NCBI RefSeq assembly: GCF_009834535.1
Contig: NC_045703.1
Coordinates: 54,932,001 to 54,996,000, forward strand
Origin: Camelus ferus
Lineage: Eukaryota
Reading direction: 5' to 3'
DNA: 64,000 nt
Numbering within the stretch: the first letter of the stretch is position 1; every line of letters starts with the position of its first letter. The translations under genes were made by a program, and so were the position numbers. Under the pieces are notes generated by a model. It was not told where the DNA came from and searched no databases. It saw nothing but the letters and a program-made list of their open reading frames with translations. Shown here in pieces: positions 13,431 through 27,123 of the stretch.

Positions 13431-14379
13431 GAAGGCATGAGAAAAATAATCTGAAAAAAACAACACACAAGAACAAAACCCCACAGCCTCTACGCTTGAT
13501 CCTAGGCTGGGCAGAAAGTAAGTGCTGAAGTTACTTTTATCAGAGTCAAGAGAGCTGCTGAAAAAGACAGGCCCTGAACATACTCTCAGAAACCCTGTTT
13601 TGGCCCAGAACTAGTCCACGTCCCTCGGGGAGCCCGGCCCTCGTGAATGACACTGCACCCTGGTAGAGTCACACGGCGCCCTTTGACCCCGCGGCCCGTA
13701 TCCCTGACTCAAACCAAACCTACTGGACAACTTTTCCCTTGGGCCCAAGCTCAAATTTGGCTCTCAGCGTCTTCCCACTTCTGGGATGAGGTATTAAAAG
13801 ACAAACAGAAGGGAAGGAGCGCGGCGAAGAGAGTGTACTCACATGCAGCCCTGTGGTTGCACCCTCTGTCAAGCCCTCCACTTTCTATTTCATTTCCTTT
13901 TATTTTTATTTCACAAATATTTTCACTGTGCTTATTGTGTGTCAGGGACAAACAAACTCCTGATGACAACTCTGTGAGGCGGTTTCTGTAGTTCTTCCTG
14001 TTTTATAGGTGAGGAAACCCCAGAGCATTTAAGCAGTAGCTCGAGGTCACACAGCCAGGGTTTTCTCCATGTCAGTGGATCTCCTCCTCGGGGGTGAAAA
14101 GGAAAGGAGAGGGAAGGGCTGAGAATGAGTGGGAGGAACAGCAGTGTGAGAACTGAGCCTCAGTCTGGGAGAAACCAGGCCGCTGACAGGAGAAAGCAGC
14201 CAGAGCTCAGAAGTAACAAAAAGCGATTCTAGTCATCATGAGGGAAAACAAACTTAAGTCTGAGTGACAGGGTCGGGATGTAATATGAAGAAATAGAACC
14301 AAAATCACATGTGTATCGAAACCAAACTCACATCAAAGGATGTGGTGCTATGTCTATAGCAATAACAATAAAAATGAAA

Positions 14380-14610
14380 CGGCTGTGCTGTCTTGAATCT
14401 CTGTTACATGGCAGCTTAGGTATGTAACTTTGCTTAATTTTACAGTCCTAGAGAAAGACGCTATTAGCCCCATTTTTCAGATGAAAAAGTTAATAAAGGT
14501 AAAAGAGATATAATCACTTGGTCATAATCTCAACAACTACTGATTGGCAGAGCCAGAATTTCTATCCAATTTTATCTTGATTCCAAGTCATAGGCTGTTT
14601 TCACTCAGCC
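14380..14610 (-). mobile_element. MIR
   Basis: ccattttttcagatgaaaaag-like core followed by cacttggtcataatctcaacaactac...agagccagaatt. Confidence 0.65.
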
Positions 14611-17600
14611 ACACTGTCAAAGTTAGTGTCCTAGTGACCCCCATGCCATGGGGTAGCGGGTTAGGGGAACCCTAAATCTGTGTGCTAATTCACTATGTGT
14701 CCAAGAAGCCCCAGAACTATGGCACCCGCAGATAAAAGTAAACCAGTCATTTGTTTGTTTGTTTTCCATTGGAAAAACCCAAGAAAGATAAACCTAGCCC
14801 TTCATTAACTACATGCAGAACACTTCTATTTCCTAGAGGTGGTAACGTCTTAGGTATCTTGCAAGAAGAGTGTGCTACACGATGGCTGAGAATCCCTCAC
14901 TGAAACTCCGGGGACATCTGTCTCTCCTACACCAGGTTGCATGTGGTCTGTGGAAGGTGAAGTGTTACTGAGCCTCATGCCGATCTGATACCCTGGATGG
15001 ATGACCCACTGGAGTTAGGGGCTTCTGCCAACAATATTTCCTTGCTAGATCTGAATAGAGTCTGTTGGCAGATAGAACTGGTCCCTGAGACCAGACCGGA
15101 GAGTGTTTGCATTACCCCACTGGGCTTATGTAAATTCTCTTCTGTTTACAATCATCTTCCTTCCGGCTTCTTTTCAGTCTTCGATAAACAATCAGTTGAT
15201 TGTGTGGGAACATTCCCAGTTGCCTATGTAGATGCTAAAGCCTTCTTGAGTGCAGAATTGGAATTCCAGCTAGGATATTCACAGTGTATCTAAAGCAATT
15301 CAGGAAGATAGTAAAAGCCAGATAATTCCAGGATGGGTCATCAGGAGCGATATTCTTGGAATGCCAAGTGAAATTGTGAAAATAGCATTGATAGGAGTTT
15401 TGAGGAAAAAACAAGAAAGAAAGAAGCTCATGCATTCTCGAAATTGACAAAGGTACTTCCCCATAATTATATACTTGCTTGGAACCCTAGTCTTAGCTCT
15501 CTTTGAATGACCTCCCAGTTAAAAATCACCAGATAAAGTATCCTAGATTCCAAAATGCCAGGAATCTTTTGACCAGGTGAAGTCTCACCTTTCAAGATAT
15601 CTGATGTTAAGTCACCCCAGATCAACCTGTACATTTTATTTGGTAACACAGGTATTGTTACATACAGGACCATGGAGGAAGGAGACTTACTGTAACCTGT
15701 TTAAGACGAGAAATAATTTTACATTGCCGTCTGGCTATGGTTCAGAACTATTGCCCTGGACTACTGCCTTACTATCACTGAGGGTCGGATAGGAAAAGAA
15801 ATCCTCTGTGGTGTATGAGGTTGAGGAGGGAAAACACAGCAACGAGTATTTGTAATCCGTTCTTTCCAAACTCATCTGTGACTAGATTTCCAATCAGTCT
15901 GAAGCAGAAAGCATTCTCCATCCACACTGCAGATGTTATCAAGCCACAGCTGTATGGGAAAGCACTCAACTCGCCCCTCTTGCTCCCAACACAGACATAG
16001 CTAATCAATCACAGCACTCTTCACTGCCAAGCCAGCGTTTGGTATCAAAATCCTCCTCACCCCCGTGCTCCTAGCAGGTCCTCTCAAGCTGTGACAGTTG
16101 GCACACGAGTTGAAACCTGCTTACTTTCTCTGGTCAGTGCTGGTGATGCAAACATGGATAAAACATAGCACCTGACCTCAAACAGTGCAGAGGGAAACAG
16201 ATCTAGCAACAGCGACTCGTAGCATTTCAAGAGGGAATGATAGAATTGCACATTTAATGGTATGGGACATAGAGGAAGAGTAACTATCTATTCCTGAAGG
16301 AGTGTTTCCCGGAAGAAATGAACATGAATGAAACTGGAAGGAAGAGAGGGTCCACGTCTCAGTCCAGATGGCGTAGGCACAGGGCTCTTGATCTGTGGCA
16401 GTGCTTTCTCAGTCTCGGGTCTGAGTAGGGGAAGGGCAAGGCTGTTAGGGTGAGGGGCACGCCCACCATGTCTAGGGAGCTGCCCCTCCTTGATTGCCAG
16501 GTAGCTGTTAAGGATTTTTCTTGTAGAAAAAATTCCCAGTCTGTGGCACGTGGATCCCTTAGGGGCATGAAATTATTACAAGGGCTCCATGAATTCACAG
16601 CACACTGAGTAGCCTCTGAAAACATAGTAAATATGTCACATAGTTGTGTATTCTTAGAACGTCACTGCTAAGAACACATATTGTGCTTGGAGCAGAAGAT
16701 ATAGGGAAAAGAAGACTTGTCATTCTCAACAGTTTAATCTGAAGCCCACACAATGAATATAGAGGTACTGGCTGGAGAATTGATTTCATTGTGAAAATGT
16801 GCTTCCTGTGCAAGCTGGGAGAATGTGGAGAGTTCAGAAAAATCCTGTTATCTTCTCCGGTGCTTTTATGATGTTTTACGTGATCAGGTTAATCCTACTA
16901 TTTTTTGTTTTTGGTTTTTTTGGGGGGGCAAATACATAAATTCAGCTAGGATACATAAGCTCGTAGCATATGTTACCACTGAAGCCTTTTCCTGACAAGC
17001 CAGAGTGAACTTAGGTTCATTTTCCAAGAAATCATTATATTTGAATAAATACTCTATAAAGGAAATATGCTCAGCCAGTAATCTGACTAATAGTTCAACC
17101 TTGGAAGAAGAAACAGTCTGTAACACTGTTATCACTAAATTACCATCATTAAGGATCAGCAACCATTATCATTTTTAGTTGGGGGTCGTACCTCTCAAAG
17201 CCCAGTTAATGAACAAGGCTTCTGGGTTTATCCATCAAAACATTGAACATTAGCCAGTCCTCACTACCCAACTTAATATTATAATAATCTCTTACATTTG
17301 TATAGGGCAATTGGTAGAGCATTTTCTCTCATGTACATTGTATCATTCAGATCTCACAATAACCATTCAGGGAGATGGAAAGTTATTATTAAGCCTATTT
17401 TAGTGGCAAGTACTGCCATTATCCTAGGTCTGGATTTTCTTTTTTAACAAATCCCTATATAAACAAAATGAAACAGAGGATTTAATAATTATCTTCAATG
17501 AGAATTTCGGGACAATTAAGCATACTAGCTCTTTCCCATCCCATGTCAGTTAAATCATAGGAGGGTTGTGCAGGGATTATAAAAGCCCTTTAATACTTTT

Positions 17601-18959
17601 CAAGGTGGATAGGCACTCCAAAGATGAACCAAGTGAACCTAGTAACAAATTGGGGCCCATGGCAACCAGGCAGCATGCAATTTGAGGAATTATCCCAACG
17701 TGAAACATTGCTATTAATAGCATGTTTTCTGAAGTACAGAGTGTACCCCAGAAAGCATGAAAAACAAAGTCAAATTTGCAAGAAATTGAAGACAAAGGAA
17801 GGAAGTTGAACAAGACAGGGGAGGGGTGCTGGTTGCCGAGGAGAGGTGAAAGAAATAGCGGTGTGTAATGAGTACGACTCACCAAAGAAGAGAAATTGCA
17901 GAATTTGTTATCGGTTCTTTTTCTAGACGACTTTTTGATACGTGCAGCAACAAACTGTTCTGAAATGGCATTTATTTATACAAAAGTAGTGGGGGAAAAA
18001 AAAAGAAAACAAAGAAAAAGAACACAGCTTCCAGAGAATATTTTAAGTGTGTAGAATTCCATGATGACTTCATTTTTCCCCCTGAGGGTTCAACACTAAA
18101 TTTACTGCTTCTTTCATTTTATAGATACTATAATGGAATTTGATACACTCTAATTCAGAAACTAAAATGTTTATTCATTTCATATGTCAGTACAAAATCC
18201 AATCAAGAAAAAAAATTGCCCCTCCCAAAGCTACAATCATACAGAATGATAATTGCTTTGAAAAGAAATAAACAAATTTGGGATGAGGGTTGCTCTTCTT
18301 TGCTATTAGCCAATGAAGCAGTTTCAAAAGTGGGACGCTTCATCTACGTTTTCCCTGCAGAATTGTGTGAGTGTTTCTATGCTGCAAGGAAAAATACTGA
18401 GAACTTAAGAGCTGTGGTTCTCATTTATTGATCACTTTGCCTGGGGGCTTGCAGACATCATCTGTAATCATAGCAATACGGACCATGAATACCCTCAACA
18501 GAGGTACCTTATGGGGCAGTCTAGCTTATCAGCTGGACGCATAGGCTTTCAAGAAAGAAAATTAATTAATAATTAATTAGGAAAGAAAGAAAGAAATATG
18601 GGTCTGTGTTCAAGTCACAAAGATCAGAGTTTAAGTCCTAGCTTCATTCACCGACTTAACTTAGGTAACCCTTCTAAGTTTCATTCAGTTTCCTCAAAGC
18701 ATTAGTTGGGAATTAAATGAGATAATCCATTTGAGCCACGCAATACAGAGGCAGGCATATAGTATGTGTTCATTTAAAACATGACTTGTAAATATATGTG
18801 AAATTTATAGCATAGTAGCCAAGAGTTACTGAACAATTTATATACCATGCCCTGTCAAAACATGTTACATGTCAAAACTCATGTAATCTTTTCAACAACT
18901 ATAGGAGGGAATGCAAAAGATTCAGCCAATGATGAGAGTTAGCCAGCTACAAAGTTAGA

Positions 18960-19515
18960 GGAAACGGTGTTCACACAAGACCAGCCTCACCACTGACCCC
19001 AGCTGCAAGTTCAGGAAACCATCCTCAGTTTCAAAAATCTTCTAGAAGGACTCACAGAACTCAGCTGAATGCTGTTACACTCATGCTTGTGGTTAATTAC
19101 AAGACAAGGACACAGATGAAAATCAGCCAAGGAGAGGCACACAGAGCAGAGTCCACGATGGACCACGAGGGGGGACTCCTGTTGGCTGGTGCTAGTTCTC
19201 CCAGTGAGGATGTGCCAACGGAGCACTGCCAACCAGGGAAGCTCACATCAGCCTTTGGTGTTCAGGCTTTTACTGGGGCTCAATCACATACTGCCTGCAT
19301 GGCTGACCTTCAGTCTCCAGTCCTTTCTGGGGTCAGACCTGCTACCACGTGACCCAAAGCCCCCATCATAAAATCACATTGTTAGACTGGTGGCCAAAGC
19401 TCGCAGGCAAACAAAGACACTCCCCTCAGGCAGGACATTCCAGGGGTCTAGAAAGCACCTCCTTGGAGCTGAGAGCTAAGACCAGACCTCTCTCTACTTA
19501 GGTGAATTTTTCACG
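18960..19515 (-). mobile_element. MER21-like LTR (ERVL)
   Basis: Reverse complement begins ...gagaggtctggtcttagctctcagctccaaggaggtgctttctagacccctggaatgtcctgcctga; contains ctagaaggactcacagaactcag. Confidence 0.75.
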
Positions 19516-19519
19516 AGGA

Positions 19520-19770
19520 ATATTCTCATTTTGTAGATGAAGAAACTGAAACACAGGGAGGTTAAGAAACTTGCCTAAGAGCTCCCAGCTGGTAAGTGGG
19601 AGAGCCAGGATTCAACTCCAGGCAATCTTTCTCAGGGATCTGAAAACGTTACTTCTTGCTTCCTGCTGGTGTGTTCATTGACTCTACTGAGATCAGACTG
19701 CTGATAAATTTTAGGGTCTGGATTTGAACTTGAGTGTCTCTGATTCAAAAGTTCTTGGTCTCCCTGTGTT
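19520..19770. mobile_element. MIR-derived segments, partly in opposite orientations
   Basis: cattttgtagatgaagaaactgaaacacagggaggttaagaaacttgcctaag...gccaggattcaactccaggc, then gtctggatttgaacttgagtgtctctgattcaaaag. Confidence 0.65.
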
Positions 19771-22284
19771 CCTCTGGCTTTTCCTTGATAAAACATGAGA
19801 ACCCCACCGACCACTGTCTGAAAGACTCTTCCTTGGCTTCTTAAACCCCTGAAAGCAAGTAAAGTTGCTACTAAACCTCCCTGAGTTCCTTCTCTGGCAC
19901 ATGCAGTCATGGTGAGCATCAGTGTCTGTCTCAGTAGGGACGTGCTCCCTGGGAGTGTCATATAACTATGAAGGGTCAATGGAGTTTTTCTGAGCCCTGA
20001 AAATAATATTATCTATGAAGCTGATAATTCTGCATTATTTGTACAGAGAAAAAAAAATATGCTACTGTTCTTACCAAAATATGCATATAATTTTAAAGCC
20101 AAGGGAAGGAATTTCAGTCATGTGCTTCAAGTGTCTTCATGAAAGCAGTGTTAGAGCCGCCTGTTTGCGGACAGAACAGCACCAGGGCACATGTAAGACT
20201 GTGCTCCCTCACCTGTTCTCGGAGGCACAGTTTGATGTCTTGGGAGCCTGTCTCCAGTACCCTGAAATTGAAGATGTAATTGTAGGTCCCAGGCTACAGC
20301 TTGTTTCTTTAAAACCCTACCTCCCGGTTGCTTGTTAGGCCTGGCAGGTTTTGAGGGGAGTGGTGGGAGGAGATTCGTACCCCACCACCATCCGAGAAGA
20401 GCTTTTCTGAGTAACCACTGCGAACAGAGAGGGATCATTGATGTAAACCAAAGAGGCAGGCATCTCCCACCCACAGATGAGCCATGCAACAGACACAGCC
20501 CGCTCATCACCAAGACAGGAGTCAAGCTACGTGAGTCCGGTCGACTGAACTTGAATTCAGGCAAAAAGTAGGTGCACCCCACCGCCTACTTCCTACAACT
20601 CCCATCAGTTAGTTGTAGTCCTCATTCATCAGAATCTCCCAGGGTAAGACATAAACAACTATGTATATTTTTAAAGTTCCACAGAGACTCCGAGGCACAG
20701 CAAATGTCAAGAGTGTAATCGATCTGAAATGCTGCTGCCACTGAAAAACTAAGATTTGCAGGACATGTGAAACAGGACAGCCTCTCATCTCATACTCATT
20801 TTCAGATCTAAGGCAGGTTCATCCTTTAAGGGGAAATGAAATGACCAGCCCCCACTTATATTTAATTTTGGTTTATAAGAGGGACTGTTCATGTTAATTG
20901 AGAGTTAAGCACATAATTATATAGTATGCATATTTCTAAAATTAGGGCAAGTGTACCACAAAGTAATTTAATTGTCATTTAGAAATACATTGCAGTTGTA
21001 AAAGTGTTTTCACACTAGATGTTAATGCCCACAACTGAAGGAAATCCTAAAGCCACTCCCAGGTATGGAGATGTCCCTTAACTGGTGTTTCTTCTTTAGG
21101 GACAAAGGGTTGGTTTGAAGCTATTTCTTCAGTACACTCTCAGTATCACAGTGATGGAATAATCAGTTATTCACTATTTATGGACACTAGTGGGATATGC
21201 AGGCTGGGTTTCAAGTTCTTTTGCACGGATGTAGTGGGAGGGTACACAGGGAAGTGAGGGAAGACATAAAACCAGCTGGGCAGCCTCACAGCTGGGGGGG
21301 CACAGAGACACGGACATTTGTCATCATTCGGACCAGGACTGGATGGTAGTTCTTTTCATCTGACGGCAGTTCTAGAAACCCAACAGCAACTCTGATAGCT
21401 TCCCAAGTTCAATACTCAGCTCCTCCATCTCTACTCCTCTCTCTACCGGGTTGGACATCCTATTCCGTGACCGGCGTGTGGTTTCTGCGGCTGCTGCAGA
21501 CGACCTCTGCGTTTCATAGCTTCTGTTTACCTGGAGCTTCTACTAGCTCATGGCTGCTGCTCTCTGCCTTCCTCCTGTGTCTCTCGCTTCAGCCCGCTCT
21601 ACTGTTTGCTGGTGCTCTTTGTCTTCTATAGAAAGCCTCCAAAAGAAAGACTGGGGTCAGCGGTCAGGATCCCCTCTGATGCACCTCCATTGGGTATACA
21701 TTGCACCAAGCGGGTCACCAAAAGGCTCACTGACTGCCTGCAGCGGGTTGTCTTTGGATCCACCACTGGGTCTAGGTCCAGCTAGCTCTGACCAGGGAAG
21801 CAGAGGCATGGGATGTACAGCATGGCAAGCCGTGCGTGATCAATCCCGCAGGAAAAGGAGACTGTGAGCATGGCAGGCACCCTAAGGGTGTCTCAGGAGC
21901 ACTGTGCCGTCCAGACCAAGGCGAGCCACAGCAGTGCCCCTGCGAGCTGAGCCCCTGGCCTGGTCCCCTTTCAGGCTTAGCTCTCTGTGTGCCCTGCACC
22001 CAGGCCCTGGGGATTCAGTCACTCTTCTCCACGAAAATGCTCCCCTGTGTCTTCTTTCCCATCCAGGCTGGCTCTCAAATAGGAAGCAGCTCTTTCTGTT
22101 TTTCTGCCCCTTCACTCTGCCCCGAAAGAACCATGCAGCTTTTCTTTTTTAAGTGTTTTCCTGCTAATTATTCTGGTTTGAGTATGGAATAACTAGAATG
22201 CCAAATATTAGGGAACTTATAACATCTCAAAAGAGTTCCATGAGTAGCTTAGATTGAAATGTAAAAATTTTTGACGAAAAAAAA

Positions 22285-22717
22285 AATATGTCCACATCTT
22301 GATCTCCAGAACCTGTGAATATGACTTATTATGGCAAAGGAGTGATTGTTACCTTACATGGCAAAAAGACATGACTAGTGAAGGATCTGGAAAGGAGGAG
22401 CTTATCCTGGGTCACAGCCATCCTCATGTGAGAAAGGCAGAGGGGGATCAGACAGAACATGGAAGAGGAGGAGGCAGTATGACCACAGAGGCAGAGGTTG
22501 GAGTGATGTAACCACAAACCAAGGAATGTCGGCAGCCTCTCCATGCTGGACGAGGCAAGGAAGGGTTCTCCCCTAGAGTCTTCGGAAGGATTACATCCCT
22601 GCTGACACTTTAATTTCAGGTTCCTAGCCTCCAGGACTGTGAGAGAATAAAGGTTTTTTGTTTTAAATTACCCAATTTTATGGTACTCTTTATAGAAGCC
22701 CTAGGACTCTGATACAT
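22285..22717 (+). mobile_element. MLT1C/D MaLR solo LTR
   Basis: atgtccacatcttgatctccagaacctgtgaatatg...ttaccttacatggcaaaa...ccaggactgtgagagaataaagg...agccctaggactctgataca. Confidence 0.8.
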
Positions 22718-23251
22718 ATACTGTCTGTCTTAAGTGTTCCGTGGAAGTCCCCAGAATTGTCTTGAGACCCAGTCTATCTGATGCTACTTGACTGCAGACC
22801 AGAGTGGCTTGTGGCCTGAGGTGGGTTCAAGATAGCGCCATGACTGGGTCTGCTCAGGTAGCTGGTCTGCAGGCTTCGTGAAAATGGAACTGGTCTGCAC
22901 GTTAAATGTGCTTAATAACTGTTGAATGAATGAATGCACTCTCTGCCTTTCTTCTAATCATTTTTGGTTTTTTGTTCGTTTGTTTGGGAGTTTTTTTGTT
23001 TGTTTGTTTGTTTGTTTTTCTGGTTCTATGAGCCCAAATGACTCTTCTGGCCTCAGATGGCCCTGCACTTTAAAGCTGCAACTTTTCTAGCCTTTTTCTC
23101 CATCCCATCCTGGCCCGTGGCCTTTTACAGTCCTTCCCATCATTCTTCCTTCCAACATTTATGTCCGCACTCTGCATTAGAAAGGCATTCTGCCCTTCCT
23201 TTTGTTCCCTTTAAGTCAAGCAGACTATTTTTCATGAAATAAGCCTCATTA

Positions 23252-23734
23252 CAGGTAGACCTTGCTTCATTGCACTTCGCTTTATTGCTCTTTGCAGATA
23301 CTGCGTTTTTTACAAATTGAAGGTTTGTGGCCACCCTGCATCCAGCAAGTCTGTTGGCGCCGTTTTCCTAAAAACATTTGCTTACTTTGTGTCTCTGTAT
23401 CACATTTTGGTAATTCTCACAGTATTTCAAACTTTTTCATTATTATTATATTTGTTTTGGTAACCTGTGATCTGTGACCTCTAATGTTACTTTTATGGCT
23501 CCCTGAAGGCTCCGGTGATGGTTAGCATTTTTAGCAATGAAGTCTTTTTTAATTAAGGTCTGTACATTTTTTTAGACATGATGCTATTGCACACTTAATA
23601 GACTACAGTATGGTGTAAACCTAACTTTAATTTGCACTGGGAAACCAAAAAATGTGTGTGACTCGACTTATTGCAATATTTCCTTGACTGCAGTGGTCTG
23701 GAATTGAACCTGCAAAATCTCTGAGATACACCTG
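23252..23734 (+). mobile_element. Tigger1 internal-deletion derivative (MITE)
   Basis: TIR-like ends caggtagacc... and ...gagatacacctg; TA on the left (ca on the right); both ends follow the recalled Tigger1 termini. Confidence 0.9.
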
Positions 23735-24204
23735 CACATCTTCTTGCAACTTCCACTCCCCATTTCTCCATCATCCCCAAAGCTTAATCAAACCCCAGCC
23801 CCCAGATGGAACTTCTCTGCTCTTTGGAGCTTTCATATCACCTTATCCCTTTTCTGTATCACTTCTTTCTTTCTTTCTTAGAAACCGGACATTATCTGAA
23901 TATCATCCCTCCTGCCAGACTTTAGAGTTTTATTACCACCCACTTCATCTTCCTCTTAGTGCATAGTACAGGATCCACTGACAATATAGGAACGCAACAA
24001 ATGTTACATAATTAAATAGAGAAAAAATGGGGAGGACTGGGGAGGTTCAACAAGACTAATTCTGTGATAAAAGTTTTAATGTGACAAGAAGTTAATAAGT
24101 TAAGTAAAATTACCTTGAAACAGCATTAAAGGCCCAGTTGAAATGGCAGTGTGCTAGTCTAAACTTGGATGAGTAAGGTCAGAATGGTGAGATGGCTCTA
24201 CCCC

Positions 24205-24720
24205 TGGTTTCTTAGTTTTTTTTCTATTGCTCCATAACAAGTTACTACCAACTTGGCAGCCTAAAACAACACACAGTTATCATCTCACCATTTCTGAAGG
24301 TCAGGGCTCCAAACATGGGTTAGCTCGGTCTTTTGCTACAGAGCCTCTCACAAAGTTCAAAGTGTCAGTCAGGTTGGGGTCATGCAGGATCGAGTGGGGA
24401 AGGGTCTCCTTGGAAGTGCACATGGCAGGATTTGGTTCTTCAAGGTCTGTTGGACCAAAGGCCTCAGTTTCTAGCTGGCTGTCAGCCAGAGGATACCCAC
24501 CTCAGGTCTGCCACATGGGCCTCCCCAACAGAGCTACGTGCCTCATCAAAAGCCAGCAAGGGAAGTAGCCTGCTAGCAAAACAGAACTCAGTCTTATCTA
24601 ACCTAATCAGGAAGTGGTAGCTCGTCCACTTTACCATGCACGGCAGGTTGGAATCAAGTCAGTGGGCCAGGCTGCCTTCGAGCAAGGGCATGAACACCAG
24701 GAAGCTGGTGTCATTGAAAA
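24205..24720 (-). mobile_element. MLT1F/G/H-like MaLR LTR
   Basis: ttctattgctccataacaagttactaccaacttggcagcctaaaacaacacacagttatcatctcac...gttggaccaaaggcctcagtttc. Confidence 0.75.
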
Positions 24721-25904
24721 TACGTCTTGGAATTTGTCTGGTAAGTACCGTAGGCATTCCCAAAGTATTTTGAAAGAGTCCTGTTCCAAAACTGTGTTTC
24801 TTGCTCAGCTGGAACTGAGAATTCAGTATGATTTCCTTATAGAAACAGTGGAGTTAAATTCTTGGGCCTACCACAAGGTAAAGGTCATTTTAACCAAAGC
24901 ATCATGCTAGCCAAACTACTTTAACCTACATTTACTTAGTCCATGGTTATTTTATGAGAATATGCTTTCCAAATGCCAAGTTGGGATGCTGGGACAAATT
25001 CTCCAATTAGCAGGTCTTCAGCATCGCCATGAAAGGAAGTTAGGGGTTCTATGCCTCTGCCATTAGGAACTCATTAATTATTTCACACTATGTATATGAA
25101 CAGATTATCCCCAGGCAAAACATTTATCCATGAACCAATAATCAATGATGCCTTTACTGTGTAGTCACTCTCTGAAGTCCTCAGTATTTATACTGAAAGG
25201 CTAAATGTTTCGACAAGGAGAGTAAATCACTTTTGAAGTCTTTCAGAATGTGTAATTCAAGGGACCACTTCAAACCATTTTTAAATTCTTAAGATTAAAC
25301 AAAGACTTCCACCGCAGCAATGCTGATGCCCCCTCTGCCAAAGTTCCTGGTCCTGGTTTGTTTACACTGAGTCTCATGGGTTCGTAAAGATGCCACCTCC
25401 TCTCCCTGCAGCTCAGGGTGGAAGAATCTCCCTGTCAGGCCAGCGGAAGAAATTCTTTTGAATTTTTAGCTTCATCAAAGACTGGTCCTTTCCCCTGTTT
25501 GAAGTCTTTTCTTGCTTCCTAGCCACTGGGGGCACTTTGAACTCTGTGCCCACCAACCCTGTTTCCTGTTCAAAGGCTTCTTCCCTTCCGTGCAGGAAGA
25601 AAATTCCTTTGAAAGTGGGTTCCTGCCTTGTATGGGTCTGTCGGTGTAAACAGAAATAAACAAAAATAATAATAGGCAACAGTAGCAGGTCTCGGTAATT
25701 ACAGAGAGAGCTGGAGAAAATGGGGAGATGGAAGGAAAGCCCCTTTGCCATATTACTTGGAGGAGAGGGTATTTAGCACGCCGCCTTCTCCACTGTGCTG
25801 CAGCTTCTGTAACTTACATGAAGCAGGGAGTGGCATCTAAAGTGGCCCATCCTTAGGTGGAAATTTTGACGCAGGTGGACATTACACCTGGGAAAGTCCA
25901 AGTT

Positions 25905-26118
25905 CAAAAACAGACATAGTAAACAAACTTACGGTTACCGAGGGAAGGGAGGTAGGAAGGGATAAACTGGGAGTTCAAAATTTGCAAAGATTAACTACTA
26001 TATATAAAATAGATAAACAAGTTTCTTCTGTATGGCACAGGAAACTATATTCAATATTTTGTAGTAACCTGTAATGAAAAAGAATATTAAAATGAACATA
26101 TGTATGTGTGTGTGTATG

Positions 26119-26167
<49 letters not shown>

Positions 26168-26242
26168 GAATGACTGAACCAGAAATTGACACGTGGTAAA
26201 CTGACTGTACTTCAATTTTAAAAAGTCAAAAAAAAAAAAAAA
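25905..26242 (+). mobile_element. 5'-truncated L1 3' end with internal (TA)n microsatellite (about 26126-26164)
   Basis: acagacatagtaaacaaacttacggttaccgaggg...gggataaactgggagtt...actgactgtacttcaat followed by poly-A. Confidence 0.85.
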
Positions 26243-26747
26243 CCAATTAAAAAAATACTTAAGCCATTTGATTGGGTATCTTCCCCAGGCACATTAACAG
26301 TTAGACTCTGTGATGAGACAAGATCCTAGACATCTTGTTTCGTCTGTAAACAGAAGCTGAAGCTGAAAATTCTTACGAATTTTTCTGGTTTTTAGATATT
26401 GACTCATGGACTAGTTATGGGTTGACTTGGTTGTGCTTTTTGGGTCTAGTTAAGTCATTAACTTAGATATGTACAATTTTAGCTCTAATAAAGTAGTTTT
26501 TGTTTTGTTTTCTAAGGAAGATGCTGCTAGAGTTGTGATAGCTTGTGAGACGTGATAGCTTGTTGAAAGCAGGTCCTTCCTGCTGCAGAAGGCTCTGAGT
26601 ATGTGATCTTAGGTCAACCATCAGGAAGGGGCATCAGCCAGTGTGACGCAGAATAGCTTCTTAAATTGCCGTGTGAGGTATTGAACAGCAGTGGCCTGCG
26701 GTCAGCAACACCAATCAAACCATGCTGTCCTTCATAGGATCACAGGG

Positions 26748-27123
26748 TGGATCAGTTTGCCATGGCTGTCAGAACAAAATANNNNNNNNNNNNNNNNNNN
26801 NNNNNNNNNNNNNNNNNNNNNNNNNNNNNNNNNNNNNNNNNNNNNNNNNNNNNNNNNNNNNNNNNNNNNNNNNNNNNNNNNNNNNNNNNNNNNNNNNNNN
26901 NNNNNNNNNNNNNNNNNNNNNNNNNNNNNNNNNNNNNNNNNNNNNNNNNNNNNNNNNNNNNNNNCCAGTGGCCCTTCCTCTGTTATTAGGACACCAGTCC
27001 TATTGGATTAGAACCCCACCCTTATGATCTCATTTAACCTCCCTTACTTCTTCAAATACAGTCACATTGTGGGGTGAGGCTTCAACATATGCATTTGGGG
27101 GGAACATAATTATATCCATAACA
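26748..27123 (-). mobile_element. MLT1B/C MaLR LTR spanning an N gap (26782-26964)
   Basis: tttgccatggctgtcagaacaaaata...[N]...ggacaccagtcctattggattagaaccccacccttatgatctcatttaacc...aaatacagtcacatt...ccataaca. Confidence 0.8.
26782..26964. other. N gap, 183 nt
   Basis: Counted directly. Confidence 1.

Noticed and set aside
15075-20180. Shared peptide VLSANR in two minus-strand frames (about 15080 and about 20160)
   Set aside because: A 6-residue match is expected by chance across six frames of 64 kb, and the flanking DNA does not align.
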